Shown here: positions 20,014 through 28,814 of the stretch, piece by piece | How the letters are laid out: each line of letters begins with the position of its first letter | Position numbering within the stretch: position 1 is the stretch's first letter | Origin: Coprothermobacterota bacterium | GTDB lineage: Bacteria > Caldisericota > JANLFM01 | Direction of reading: 5' to 3' | NCBI GenBank assembly: GCA_026389455.1 | Contig: JAPLHV010000157.1 | Coordinates: forward strand, 10,786 to 74,785 | Length of the DNA stretch: 64,000 bases | Translations under genes and position numbers: made by a program | Notes under the pieces: model-generated | Seen by the model: only the letters and a program-made list of their open reading frames with translations | Databases searched by the model: none | What the model was told of the DNA's origin: nothing

Positions 20014-21261
20014 ATGCATGAATCGTTGAGCGTCCCCTTGTGGGCTTCCATCCCTTTCCTCCTGATGCTCCTGGCCATCGCCCTGGGGCCCTTGTTCAAG
20101 CCGCACTGGTGGGAGAGAAACTACCCCTGGGTGGCGCTTGCCCTGGGGGCCGTAGTGATCCTGCTCTACCTCTTCTATTTCCGCACCCTGGCACCGCTGG
20201 GGGAGGTGGCCCTGGACTACTTCGCCTTCATCTGCCTGATCGGCTCCCTCTTTGTCGTTACAGGGGGGATCCTGATCCGCATCGAGGGGGTGGCTACCCC
20301 CTTCCTCAATACGGCCATTCTCCTCGTGGGAGCCATCATCTCCAACGTCATCGGCACCACCGGCGCCTCGATGCTGCTGATCCGTCCTTTCCTGCGTTTG
20401 AACAAGGGGAGGCTCTCTCCCTACCTGGTGGTCTTCTTCATCTTCCTGGTCTCCAACATCGGCGGCGCCTTGACCCCCATCGGCGACCCGCCCCTCTTCC
20501 TGGGCTTCCTCAAAGGAGTGCCCTTCTTCTGGCTGATCCCCCGGGTGTGGTTGATCTGGCTCTTCACCATCGCCCTCGTCCTGGCCGTCTTCTACTTCTT
20601 CGATGTGCGCAACCGTCGCGGCCTGGACGCCGAGCCCGCCTTCGCCGGACCCTTCCGGGTGCGGGCTTTCGGCCTCTACAACCTGGCCTTCCTGGCCGGG
20701 ATCATTCTGGCAGTGCTCTTCCTGCCCACTCCCTGGCGCGAGCTGGCCATGATCGGCTGTGCCCTGGCCTCTTTCCTCGTCACCCGTCCTTCCATGATCC
20801 ACGAGGACAATGCCTTCACCTTTGGCCCCATCCGCGAGGTGGCCATCCTCTTCGCCGGCATCTTCGTCACCATGCTGCCGGCCCTGGCCTGGCTGCGCGG
20901 CAACGCTCCGGCCCTTGGTCTGAGTACCCCCGGCCAATTCTACTGGGCTTCCGGCACCCTTTCCTCTTTTCTGGACAACGCCCCCACCTACCTCTCCTTC
21001 CTCAATACGGCCATCGGCTACACCGGCCTGGACGTGCCGGCCATGCTGCAACAGGCGCCGCAATTCATCGTGGCCATCTCGCTCGCTGCGGTCTTCTTCG
21101 GCGCAACAACCTACATCGGCAACGGGCCCAACTTCATGGTCAAGTCGATCTCCGAGACGGCCGGGGTGAAATGCCCCTCCTTCCTTGGCTATATAGCGCG
21201 TTTCTCCATCCCCATCCTGATCCCTATCTTCGCCTTGGTCTGGTTCCTCTTTTTGCGGTAG
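20014..21261 (+). CDS. Putative sodium:proton antiporter (IT superfamily)
   Basis: GTTGASM, SNIGGALTPIGDPPL, SFLDNAPTY, YIGNGPNFM; AAGGAGG RBS. Confidence 0.8.
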   Translation: MHESLSVPLWASIPFLLMLLAIALGPLFKPHWWERNYPWVALALGAVVILLYLFYFRTLAPLGEVALDYFAFICLIGSLFVVTGGILIRIEGVATPFLNTAILLVGAIISNVIGTTGASMLLIRPFLRLNKGRLSPYLVVFFIFLVSNIGGALTPIGDPPLFLGFLKGVPFFWLIPRVWLIWLFTIALVLAVFYFFDVRNRRGLDAEPAFAGPFRVRAFGLYNLAFLAGIILAVLFLPTPWRELAMIGCALASFLVTRPSMIHEDNAFTFGPIREVAILFAGIFVTMLPALAWLRGNAPALGLSTPGQFYWASGTLSSFLDNAPTYLSFLNTAIGYTGLDVPAMLQQAPQFIVAISLAAVFFGATTYIGNGPNFMVKSISETAGVKCPSFLGYIARFSIPILIPIFALVWFLFLR

Positions 21262-21266
21262 GGGAG

Positions 21267-21302
21267 CAGTGGTTCAGTAGTCAAGTGATTAAGTAATTTA
21301 GT
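21267..21302 (+). repeat. Degenerate 8-nt tandem repeat (family D)
   Basis: CAGTGGTT CAGTAGTC AAGTGATT AAGTAATT TAGT; same unit type as 47476-47579. Confidence 0.6.
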
Positions 21303-21450
21303 TCCTTCTCATTACAAGTGGGTAACCTACCAGCCTGCGGCAGGAGAAGACATGCTGCCGCAGGCTGTCTAGTCCAGCTACCCTGTAAATAGCCCCCGGC
21401 AGGGTGTTCATGGCGATAATGGTCTTAAAGAGTCTTGTCGACCCTGGGAT
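21301..21450 (+). repeat. ~150-bp dispersed repeat, copy 1 (copy 2 at 32326-32476)
   Basis: Co-linear near-identity; contains 13-bp IR CAGCCTGCGGCAG/CTGCCGCAGGCTG and one family-A head. Confidence 0.9.
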
Positions 21451-21476
21451 GGGACCGTGGCGCCCCAGTGCGGCAT
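21444..21476 (+). repeat. REP-like family C element
   Basis: CTGGGATGGGACCGTGGCGCCCCAGTGCGGCAT, identical at 62027-62059. Confidence 0.85.
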
Positions 21477-21561
21477 CCTATTCTCATGGATCTACCGCGC
21501 CGCATCGTTCTTGCACGACTATGCGATCCTCCCCAAAGAGAACCTCCCTCAAGCGGTTTGA

Positions 21562-21729
21562 CTAGACAGCCCCGGCAGCTCGATAGCCCCCGGCAGCCCG
21601 ATAGCCCCCGGCAGCCCGATAGCCCCCGGCAGCTCGATAGCCCCCGGCAGCCCGATAGCCCCCGGCAGCCCGATAGCCCCCGGCAGCTTGATAGCCCCCG
21701 GCAGCTTGATAGCCCCCGGCAGGGTGTTC
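21562..21729 (-). repeat. 18-bp tandem array, family A (8 full units plus 1 partial)
   Basis: GATAGCCCCCGGCAGCYY repeated, ending in GGCAGGGTGTTC. Confidence 0.95.
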
Positions 21730-21794
21730 TGTGACATGCTGCCGCAAGTTGATTTGTTGTCGTCAGCCTTAATAATCCCAGAGACATTGTTTCT

Positions 21795-21846
21795 AGACAT
21801 GCTGCCGCAGGCTGTTCTGTAGACATGCTGCCGCAGGCTGTTCTGT
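21795..21846 (+). repeat. Two 26-bp family B units
   Basis: AGACATGCTGCCGCAGGCTGTTCTGT x2. Confidence 0.9.
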
Positions 21847-21872
21847 GCCCACTCGGGATGAGAAAGAGCAAG

Positions 21873-22005
21873 AGACATGCTGCCGCAAGTAGACATGCTG
21901 CCGCAGGTAGACATGCTGCCGCAGGTAGACATGCTGCCGCAGGTAGACATGCTGCCGCAGGTAGACATGCTGCCGCAGGTAGACATGCTGCCGCAGGCTG
22001 TTCTG
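21873..22005 (+). repeat. 18-bp tandem array, family B (7 units)
   Basis: AGACATGCTGCCGCAGGT repeated; the last unit ends GCTGTTCTG next to the stop of the minus-strand gene. Confidence 0.95.
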
Positions 22006-23241
22006 TTAAGTATTGGCTGGTTTAGAGATACGGTTCATCAACCACCGCAAGAGATAGATGCAGATGCCGATCAAGACCAGAGCCAAGAGGACTTTCCCCA
22101 TCCCTTGAAGGAGGATTTGCACTCCTACCCAGACGCTTGAGATGTTTCCGAAACGCAGGGCCAAATCCAACAGCACGCCCCCAGCCAACACGGAACCGAT
22201 TTGGCCTGAGACATTGGCGCTGGCGGCAGGCATCATCAAGTAGTTATGGCGGTCTTCCTTCTGCCCCATGATGTGTACCAGGCGGGCGGACATCGGGAAT
22301 GAGGAGAGCCCGGCCGCCCCGATCAAGGGGTTGACCTTCAAGCCGGCCGCATGCAACCCCTTTCCTACCAGGATGCCGATGGCAGTGGAGAGAGCGAAGG
22401 CCAACAAACCGAGGGCGAAAATCAGCAAGGTGTCGGCTCGTAAAAAGATATCTGCTTTCATTGTGGATCCAACGGCGATGCCCAAGAGCAGTGTGACTAA
22501 GCCGGCCAGGGTTTCTTTAGCTGTTTTGGCTAACATTTCTGTGACGCCGGAGGTGGCCAAGATATTTCCAAACATCAAGGCGCCGATCAGTGGAATGCTC
22601 ATCGGGCTCAAGAAACTGGTCAAGATCACGATCATGTATGGGAACGTTTTGATCATCCCATCATTGATCTTCACGGCACTGATTTCCATGCGCACCATTC
22701 GCTCCTTCTTGGTTGTCAGAAGGCGCATGATGGGAGGCTGGATGATTGGAACGAGAGCCATGTAGGAATAGGCAGCAAGGGTCACCGTGCCCAGTATCTG
22801 TGGCGCCAATAAGGAAGTGACGAAGATGGATGTTGGCCCATCGGCGCTGCCGATGACGCCGATGGATGCTGCTTCGAAGAGACTGAATCCCAAGAGCAAG
22901 GCGACGATCATGCTGCCGAAGATTCCGATCTGGCCGACTGCCCCAAAGATGATCAACCACGGCTTTTCCAAGAGCGGCCGAAAATCCATCATTGCGCCGA
23001 TGGAGATAAAAATCAGGAGAGGGAAGAACTCGTTTACCACGCCGTACTGGAAGAGGAGATCGAGGAAGGAGCCCGTCTCAGCAAGGGGGGAGAGCGGAAG
23101 GTTGACCAGTAGGATGCCGATCCCGATCGGCAGAAGGAGGAGAGGCTCATATTTTTGACGGACGGCGAGGTAGGTTAGCAAGAGACCCACGAGGATCATC
23201 ACCGCTTGCTTGAGGGTTGGGAGGTAGATGAAGTTTTCCAT
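22006..23241 (-). CDS. Second Na+-translocating decarboxylase beta subunit with extra C-terminal TM segment
   Basis: EPLLLLPIGIG, IGSADGPT, ANVSGQIGS; AAAGGA RBS. Confidence 0.88.
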   Translation of the reverse strand: MENFIYLPTLKQAVMILVGLLLTYLAVRQKYEPLLLLPIGIGILLVNLPLSPLAETGSFLDLLFQYGVVNEFFPLLIFISIGAMMDFRPLLEKPWLIIFGAVGQIGIFGSMIVALLLGFSLFEAASIGVIGSADGPTSIFVTSLLAPQILGTVTLAAYSYMALVPIIQPPIMRLLTTKKERMVRMEISAVKINDGMIKTFPYMIVILTSFLSPMSIPLIGALMFGNILATSGVTEMLAKTAKETLAGLVTLLLGIAVGSTMKADIFLRADTLLIFALGLLAFALSTAIGILVGKGLHAAGLKVNPLIGAAGLSSFPMSARLVHIMGQKEDRHNYLMMPAASANVSGQIGSVLAGGVLLDLALRFGNISSVWVGVQILLQGMGKVLLALVLIGICIYLLRWLMNRISKPANT

Positions 23242-23448
23242 ATCGTGATCCTTTCTGAACCCGCGGATTGGTTTATTTCACGAATGGCGTTAGTATAGCT
23301 AATCTGAAGGCTGCATGCAGTCGAACGATCACCCTTCCTGTTGTTTGAGGGGAATTGAGCGAAAGATTGGATCCCCCATCTTCTCAACCATGAACTCAAG
23401 GCCTTAGAATGGTATAAAGATCCAGCGAATGAGAGGAGAAAGTGACGC

Positions 23449-24309
23449 TTGATTAGACCGTTCAAGTACAGCAAACCGCGTTTCTTGAGGGAAGCGCTGG
23501 AAGCCTTGGAAAAAGAGAATGCCCGAGCCCTGGCTGGTGGAAGCGATCTTTTGGTAGAGTTGCGGGAAGGGAAGAGCCAAGCAGAGCACATTGTTGATGT
23601 GAAAGCCATTCCTGAGCTAAGTTGTTTCTCGATTGGCAAGGATGGGATCATTATCGGGGGGCAGTTAACACTCAATGAATTAGCAGAATCCAAGGAACTT
23701 GGGCAAACATGTCCTATCTTGGGTGACGCAGCCAGGACGGTGGCCACGCCGCAAGTGCGCAACCGGGCTACCCTGGTTGGAAATCTATGCACTGCTTCCC
23801 CTGCGGCCGATTTGGCGCCTCCACTTTTCGTGTTAGGCGCCGCTGTGGTTGTCGCTTCAAAAGAGGGAGAGCAAAGAATCCCGATCCAGCAGTTCTTCCA
23901 AGGACCGAAAAAGAACTGCTTACAGCCTGGCCAACTGGTCCTGCGGGTAGAGATCCCGCCACGCTCCACTGGACGAGGCGTGTTCATGAAGAAATCGCGC
24001 GTGCGAGGACATGATCTGGCTACCATCAATGTAGCAGGCTGGACAAATCCTCAAGCCGGCATCCTGCGCATTTGCATCGGGGCTTGTGGTCCCACCCCGG
24101 TATTGCTGACGAGCAGCGATGAGCTCTATCAGCGGGCGGTTTGCCGTGATGAGCTTCTTGATGGATTGGCCACGCTCGCCCAGGACCAAATTGCCCCAAT
24201 TGACGACTTGCGGGCATCTGCTGCGTACCGCCGCAGTCTGGTTACTGTTTTCCTGGGTCGGATGGTGCGGATTCTTTTCCCGGAGGAAGGAGGCTGGCCT
24301 CATGTTTGA
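23449..24309 (+). CDS. XDH family FAD-binding subunit
   Basis: LAGGSDL, QVRNRATLVGN, PIDDLRASAAYR. Confidence 0.9.
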   Translation: MIRPFKYSKPRFLREALEALEKENARALAGGSDLLVELREGKSQAEHIVDVKAIPELSCFSIGKDGIIIGGQLTLNELAESKELGQTCPILGDAARTVATPQVRNRATLVGNLCTASPAADLAPPLFVLGAAVVVASKEGEQRIPIQQFFQGPKKNCLQPGQLVLRVEIPPRSTGRGVFMKKSRVRGHDLATINVAGWTNPQAGILRICIGACGPTPVLLTSSDELYQRAVCRDELLDGLATLAQDQIAPIDDLRASAAYRRSLVTVFLGRMVRILFPEEGGWPHV

Positions 24310-24832
24310 TGAAACCCCACAGAACACCCTGCCGGGGGCTATCAAGCTGCCGGGGGCTGTTTACACGATCAGCGTTGAAGTAAACGGGAAAGCATGCACC
24401 GAGGAGGCGCCTGCTCAGATGACTTTGCTGCAATTCCTGCGCGAACGGCTATTTTTGACCGGGGCCAAGGAGGGTTGCGGAGTAGGGGAGTGTGGCGCCT
24501 GCACGGTGCTTCTAAATGGGCGAGCTGTTGATGCCTGTTTAGTCCTGGCAGTGGAGGCAGACCAGGCCAGTGTCCGCACGGTGGAAGGGGAAGCCAGGGA
24601 TGGAGAATTGACTCTCCTTCAGCGAGCCTTCATCGAGCACGGCGCGGTGCAATGCGGCTTCTGCACTTCGGGAATGCTTTTATCGGCACAGAGCTTGTTG
24701 GAGAGTAACCCTCATCCCAACAGAGAAGAGATCGTAGAAGCCATCTCCGGCAACCTTTGCCGCTGTACCGGCTACGTGCAGATTCTGGAGGCGATTGAAG
24801 CGGTTGGAGAGGGAATGGAGGAGGGCGGATGA
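24302..24832 (+). CDS. XDH family (2Fe-2S) subunit with repeat-derived N-terminal peptide
   Basis: GCGVGECGACTV, QCGFCT, GNLCRCTGY; AAGGAGG before ATG 24302. Confidence 0.9.
   Translation: MFDETPQNTLPGAIKLPGAVYTISVEVNGKACTEEAPAQMTLLQFLRERLFLTGAKEGCGVGECGACTVLLNGRAVDACLVLAVEADQASVRTVEGEARDGELTLLQRAFIEHGAVQCGFCTSGMLLSAQSLLESNPHPNREEIVEAISGNLCRCTGYVQILEAIEAVGEGMEEGG
24321..24360 (+). repeat. Family A element (2 units) in frame inside CDS
   Basis: AGAACACCCTGCCGGGGGCTATCAAGCTGCCGGGGGCTGT encodes NTLPGAIKLPGA. Confidence 0.9.
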
Positions 24833-27258
24833 GCGCTGATCAGGATTACAAATACATCGGCAAAGGGATCTCCCGCCTGGATGGGCCGGAGAAAGTAACC
24901 GGCAGCGCCATGTTCGTACACGACATGACCCTGCCGGGGATGCTCTATGGCAAGATGGTGAAGTCTCCCCACGCTTGCGCGCGCATCGTTTCCATCGATA
25001 TCAGCGAAGCGGAGAAGTCGCCGGGCGTGCGCGCTGTTCTCGTCGGTAGAGAGCTGCCCTACAAGGTTGGCATCTACATGATCGACAAAGACATCCTGGC
25101 CAAAGAGGTAGCCCGCTACCATGGAGAGCCGGTGGTGGCAATCGCCGCACAGAGCGAGTTGGCCGCCGAGGAGGCTTGTGCCAAGGTGAAGATTGTGTGG
25201 GAGGCGTTGCCCGCTGTGCTCGACCCGCGCGAAGGATTGTCTCCAGCAGCCCCCTTGGTTCATCCAGAGTTGGCGAGCTATAGCTACATGAAGGGTGTCT
25301 TTCAACCTCAACCCGGCACCAACATCTCCCACCACCAGAAGATCCGTAAGGGTGATGTGGAGATAGCTCTTGCCAAAGCGGACGTAGTTTGGGAAGCCAA
25401 GTTCTACAACCCTCCCGTGCAGCATGTTGCCATGGAGACGCACACCTGCATCGCTCAAGCTTTGCCCGGCTCCCAAGTTCAAATCTGGACTTCAGCCCAA
25501 TCTCCCTTCACCGTGCGCAACCTCTTCTCAGCCTGCTTCGGCATCCCTCATCAAAATATCCGTGTCCATGTTCCCTACGTGGGAGGCGGTTTCGGCGGAA
25601 AAGCCGGCATTCACCTGGAGCCGTTGGCATATCTCCTATCCCAAAAAGCGGGAGGGCGTCCAGTCAAACTGACCATGACCCGCGAAGAGGAGTTCGGCGC
25701 CATGCCTTCCCGCCAAGGTCTTTACAGCCAGTTCACCACTGGCGCCACGCGCGAAGGGAAGATCATCTCTTTGGTCGCAAAGTACATTTGGGACGCCGGC
25801 GCCTATGCGGACTATGGGGTAAATGTTGGGCGAGCGGCCTCCTATTCGGGAGCCGGTCCCTACGAAATACCGAACTGCCATATCGATTCTTTGGTGGTCT
25901 ATACCAATAAGGTGTTCGGCACAGCTTATCGCGGCTTCGGCCATTTGGAAGCGCTCTGGGGAATCGAGCGAAACATGGACATCGGCGCTCGCCGGCTTGG
26001 CTTGGACCCAGTGGAGTTCCGCCGGCGCAATGTGTTGCGTCCTGGAGCAAAGACGATTACAGGTGAGACAGTGACCGAGCACACCGGCCGTGTCGACCTC
26101 TGCTTGGAGAAAGTTGCCGAGGAGATCGGCTGGAATGGGATTCAGACGGAGGAGGAGAGGGCACAAGCGATGGCCGGCGGAAAGGTGCGGGGAAAGGGAG
26201 TGGCTCTGCTGCACAAAGCCCCGGCGATGCCTGTCTTCACTTCCAGCGCCGCCCTGCTGAAGTTCAACGAGAATGGCTCGGTGGATCTCCTCACCTCGAT
26301 CATCGACTACGGTCAAGGAACCTACACCGCTCTTGCTCAAGCTGCAGCAGAGGAGTTGAAGATGCCCATCGAGCGGATTCAAGTTCCCTGGGAAAGTGAC
26401 ACTGCTATGACTCCTTATGACTGGCAGACAGTCGCCAGCCGCGGCGCTTTCATGGGCTGCAAGGCAGTGATTGCAGCGGCCCGTGACGCGTTGCAGCAGA
26501 TCAAGGAAACTGCCAGTCAGGTATTGCGGGCGCCGGTGGAAGAGCTGGTGTGCCGGGACGAGGTAGTTTTCGTCGCCCATCGCCCAGAAGAATGCCTTTC
26601 CTATCGAGAGGTAGTGATGGGGTACAGCTACCCCAACGGGAACTCCATCGGTGGACCGGTGATCGGCCGAGGTCACTACATCGCCCAGGGGCTGACCCAT
26701 CTTGACTTGGAAACAGGGCAGGGTTTACCCGCTCTGGATTGGACCTACGGCGCCCATGGGGCAGAGATCGAGGTGGATCTGGACACTGGGGAGATCACCG
26801 TGCTCAACCTGGCTACCGCTCTTGACGTCGGCCAGGTGCTAAACGCCCAATCCCTGCGTGGGCAGATCATCGGCGGCGTGGTGCAAGGGTTGGGGAGCGC
26901 CTTGTTGGAGGAGTTCCGCTTCTCACCCCAAGGCCGGCTGCTGAATGCCGGATTCGTCGATTATAAGATTCCAACCAGCAAGGATCTGCCCAGGAAGATG
27001 AGCCAGCATATAATCCTGACGGAACAGTTGGACGGGCCGTATGGAGCCCGCGGAGTGGCTGAACACCCCATGATATCAGTGCCAGGCGCGATCGGGAATG
27101 CTCTTTATGATGCCCTGGGAATTGATTTCTTCGAGTTGCCCCTGAATGCGGAGCGCGTTTGGCTGGGAATCCAGCGAAAGAGAAGTGAGACCCAGGACAC
27201 CCTGCCGGGGGCTATCAAGTTGCCGCGGGCTATACACTTGGATAAGGGAGGCGCCTGA
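24829..27258 (+). CDS. XDH family molybdopterin-binding subunit with repeat-derived C-terminal peptide
   Basis: GGGFGGK, AYRGFG, GARGVAE. Confidence 0.92.
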   Translation: MSADQDYKYIGKGISRLDGPEKVTGSAMFVHDMTLPGMLYGKMVKSPHACARIVSIDISEAEKSPGVRAVLVGRELPYKVGIYMIDKDILAKEVARYHGEPVVAIAAQSELAAEEACAKVKIVWEALPAVLDPREGLSPAAPLVHPELASYSYMKGVFQPQPGTNISHHQKIRKGDVEIALAKADVVWEAKFYNPPVQHVAMETHTCIAQALPGSQVQIWTSAQSPFTVRNLFSACFGIPHQNIRVHVPYVGGGFGGKAGIHLEPLAYLLSQKAGGRPVKLTMTREEEFGAMPSRQGLYSQFTTGATREGKIISLVAKYIWDAGAYADYGVNVGRAASYSGAGPYEIPNCHIDSLVVYTNKVFGTAYRGFGHLEALWGIERNMDIGARRLGLDPVEFRRRNVLRPGAKTITGETVTEHTGRVDLCLEKVAEEIGWNGIQTEEERAQAMAGGKVRGKGVALLHKAPAMPVFTSSAALLKFNENGSVDLLTSIIDYGQGTYTALAQAAAEELKMPIERIQVPWESDTAMTPYDWQTVASRGAFMGCKAVIAAARDALQQIKETASQVLRAPVEELVCRDEVVFVAHRPEECLSYREVVMGYSYPNGNSIGGPVIGRGHYIAQGLTHLDLETGQGLPALDWTYGAHGAEIEVDLDTGEITVLNLATALDVGQVLNAQSLRGQIIGGVVQGLGSALLEEFRFSPQGRLLNAGFVDYKIPTSKDLPRKMSQHIILTEQLDGPYGARGVAEHPMISVPGAIGNALYDALGIDFFELPLNAERVWLGIQRKRSETQDTLPGAIKLPRAIHLDKGGA
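27196..27233 (+). repeat. Family A element (2 units) in frame inside CDS
   Basis: GACACCCTGCCGGGGGCTATCAAGTTGCCGCGGGCTAT encodes DTLPGAIKLPRAI. Confidence 0.9.
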
Positions 27259-28814
27259 TGCAACGCCTCGTCGTGAAGAAAGACCAATACCGCGACTCGG
27301 TTTCCCTGATGCAGCTCTCATTGGAGCTGAAGGAAGGGGCGGGTCTGGAGGAAGCATTCGTGGCGATGGGCGTCCCCGCCAACCGGGAAATCCTCGCCAA
27401 GATGGGCATTTCCAAGGATCAGTTGGATGGGGTTGGCCCCAATGATCTGCTGATTGCCCTCTTGGCGGAAGATGACGCGTCGATCGAAAAAGCTTTGCTA
27501 GCCATCCCAGCATTGATGGAGGGAACCTGCGCGCAACCCGAAGGAGGCGAAGCCTACCAGCCGCGCACTCTTGAGCAAGCGCTGCGCCAACTTCCTCAGG
27601 CCAATCTGGTGCTGATCTCCAATCCGGGTCCCTATGCCTCTGGTGAAGCGAGAAGGGCCTTGGAGAAAGGGCTCCACGTGATGATCTTCTCGGACAATGT
27701 GCCCCTCGAGGAGGAGATCGCTCTGAAGAAACTGGCCCAGCAGCGCGGTCTTCTATTGATGGGTCCGGATTGCGGCACCGCATTGCTCAACGGCAAACCT
27801 CTTTGTTTCGCCAACGTCGTGCCATCCGGAGCGATCGGCATCGTTGGCGCCTCTGGCACCGGAATTCAGGAAGTCAGTTGCGCCATCGCCCGGTTAGGAG
27901 AAGGGGTTTCCCAAGCCATCGGTACGGGCGGACGCGATTTGAGCCGGGAAGTGGGCGGCTTGATGGTGGCTGAAGGGATTAAGGCGTTGGCCCAAGATTC
28001 GCAGACTCAAGTCATCGTGGTGATCTCTAAACCGCCCGCCCCGGAAGTAGCCAAACGGGTCACTGACCAGTTGGTCTCCTGTGGAAAACCTAGCGTGGTC
28101 TGTTTTATTGGGGAAAAACAACAATCCAACGAGGGAACCCTCTGGTTCGCAGGCAGTCTCGCTATGGCTGCCTCTTCGGCTGTCGCCCTTCGCCGCGGGG
28201 AAACACCCGGTCCACTCATTCAGGATGATAACCTGTTGGAGCGAATCGCCACCGAGGAAACTTCCGGGATGAGTGAGAAGCAGCGCTTCCTGCGCGGACT
28301 CTATACCGGGGGCACCCTGGCTGATGAAGCCATTTGCCTGCTGGAGCAGGAAGTTGGCCCTATCTATTCCAACATCCATAAAGAAAAGGAGTTCCAGTTG
28401 ACAGATCCAACCCGCTCGCGGGAGAACACGATCATCGATTTGGGAGATGATTATTTTACCCGAGGGAAGCCGCACCCAATGATTGATCCTTCTGGGCGGG
28501 CCACTCGGATGATAGAGGAGGCGGAAGATCCTGAAGTGGCTGTGCTCTTATTGGACCTGGTCTTGGGATATGGATCGCACCCCGATCCGGCTGGAGCGAT
28601 CTACTCGGCAGTGACTGGAGCAAAAGAAGCGGCTCGCGCCAGGGGCGGGCATTTGGCGGTGATCGCCTCCATCACCGGAACCGCCGGCGATCCGCAAGGG
28701 CTGCAGCGCCAGCGGGAAACTCTGGAAAGGGCTGGGTGCCGCGTGATGGCTTCCAACTGGGAGGCTGCCACCCTGGTTGAACGCATCCTGCAAGATCGGG
28801 CGGTGCGGTCATGA
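27258..28814 (+). CDS. FdrA/YahF family acyl-CoA-synthetase-like protein
   Basis: YRDSVSLM, FSDNV, MGPDCGT, GASGTGIQE, GLYTGGTL, GKPHPMIDP. Confidence 0.9.
   Translation: MQRLVVKKDQYRDSVSLMQLSLELKEGAGLEEAFVAMGVPANREILAKMGISKDQLDGVGPNDLLIALLAEDDASIEKALLAIPALMEGTCAQPEGGEAYQPRTLEQALRQLPQANLVLISNPGPYASGEARRALEKGLHVMIFSDNVPLEEEIALKKLAQQRGLLLMGPDCGTALLNGKPLCFANVVPSGAIGIVGASGTGIQEVSCAIARLGEGVSQAIGTGGRDLSREVGGLMVAEGIKALAQDSQTQVIVVISKPPAPEVAKRVTDQLVSCGKPSVVCFIGEKQQSNEGTLWFAGSLAMAASSAVALRRGETPGPLIQDDNLLERIATEETSGMSEKQRFLRGLYTGGTLADEAICLLEQEVGPIYSNIHKEKEFQLTDPTRSRENTIIDLGDDYFTRGKPHPMIDPSGRATRMIEEAEDPEVAVLLLDLVLGYGSHPDPAGAIYSAVTGAKEAARARGGHLAVIASITGTAGDPQGLQRQRETLERAGCRVMASNWEAATLVERILQDRAVRS

Noticed and set aside
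19966..21296. Long alternative ORFs 19966-21063 (-) and 20040-21296 (+)
   Set aside because: Shadow frames of the GC-rich antiporter gene
21562..22005. CRISPR array
   Set aside because: Units are directly abutting 18-mers without unique spacers, and no cas genes are present; the same applies to 44726-44816 and 60877-61049
21425..22140. Repeat-peptide ORFs (RQPDSP, STCGSM, MLPQVD, AAGGYR)
   Set aside because: They are open only because the 18-bp units lack stops in 5 of 6 frames; no independent coding evidence
25636..26700. 354-aa antisense ORF
   Set aside because: Antisense shadow of the XDH Mo subunit; no motifs
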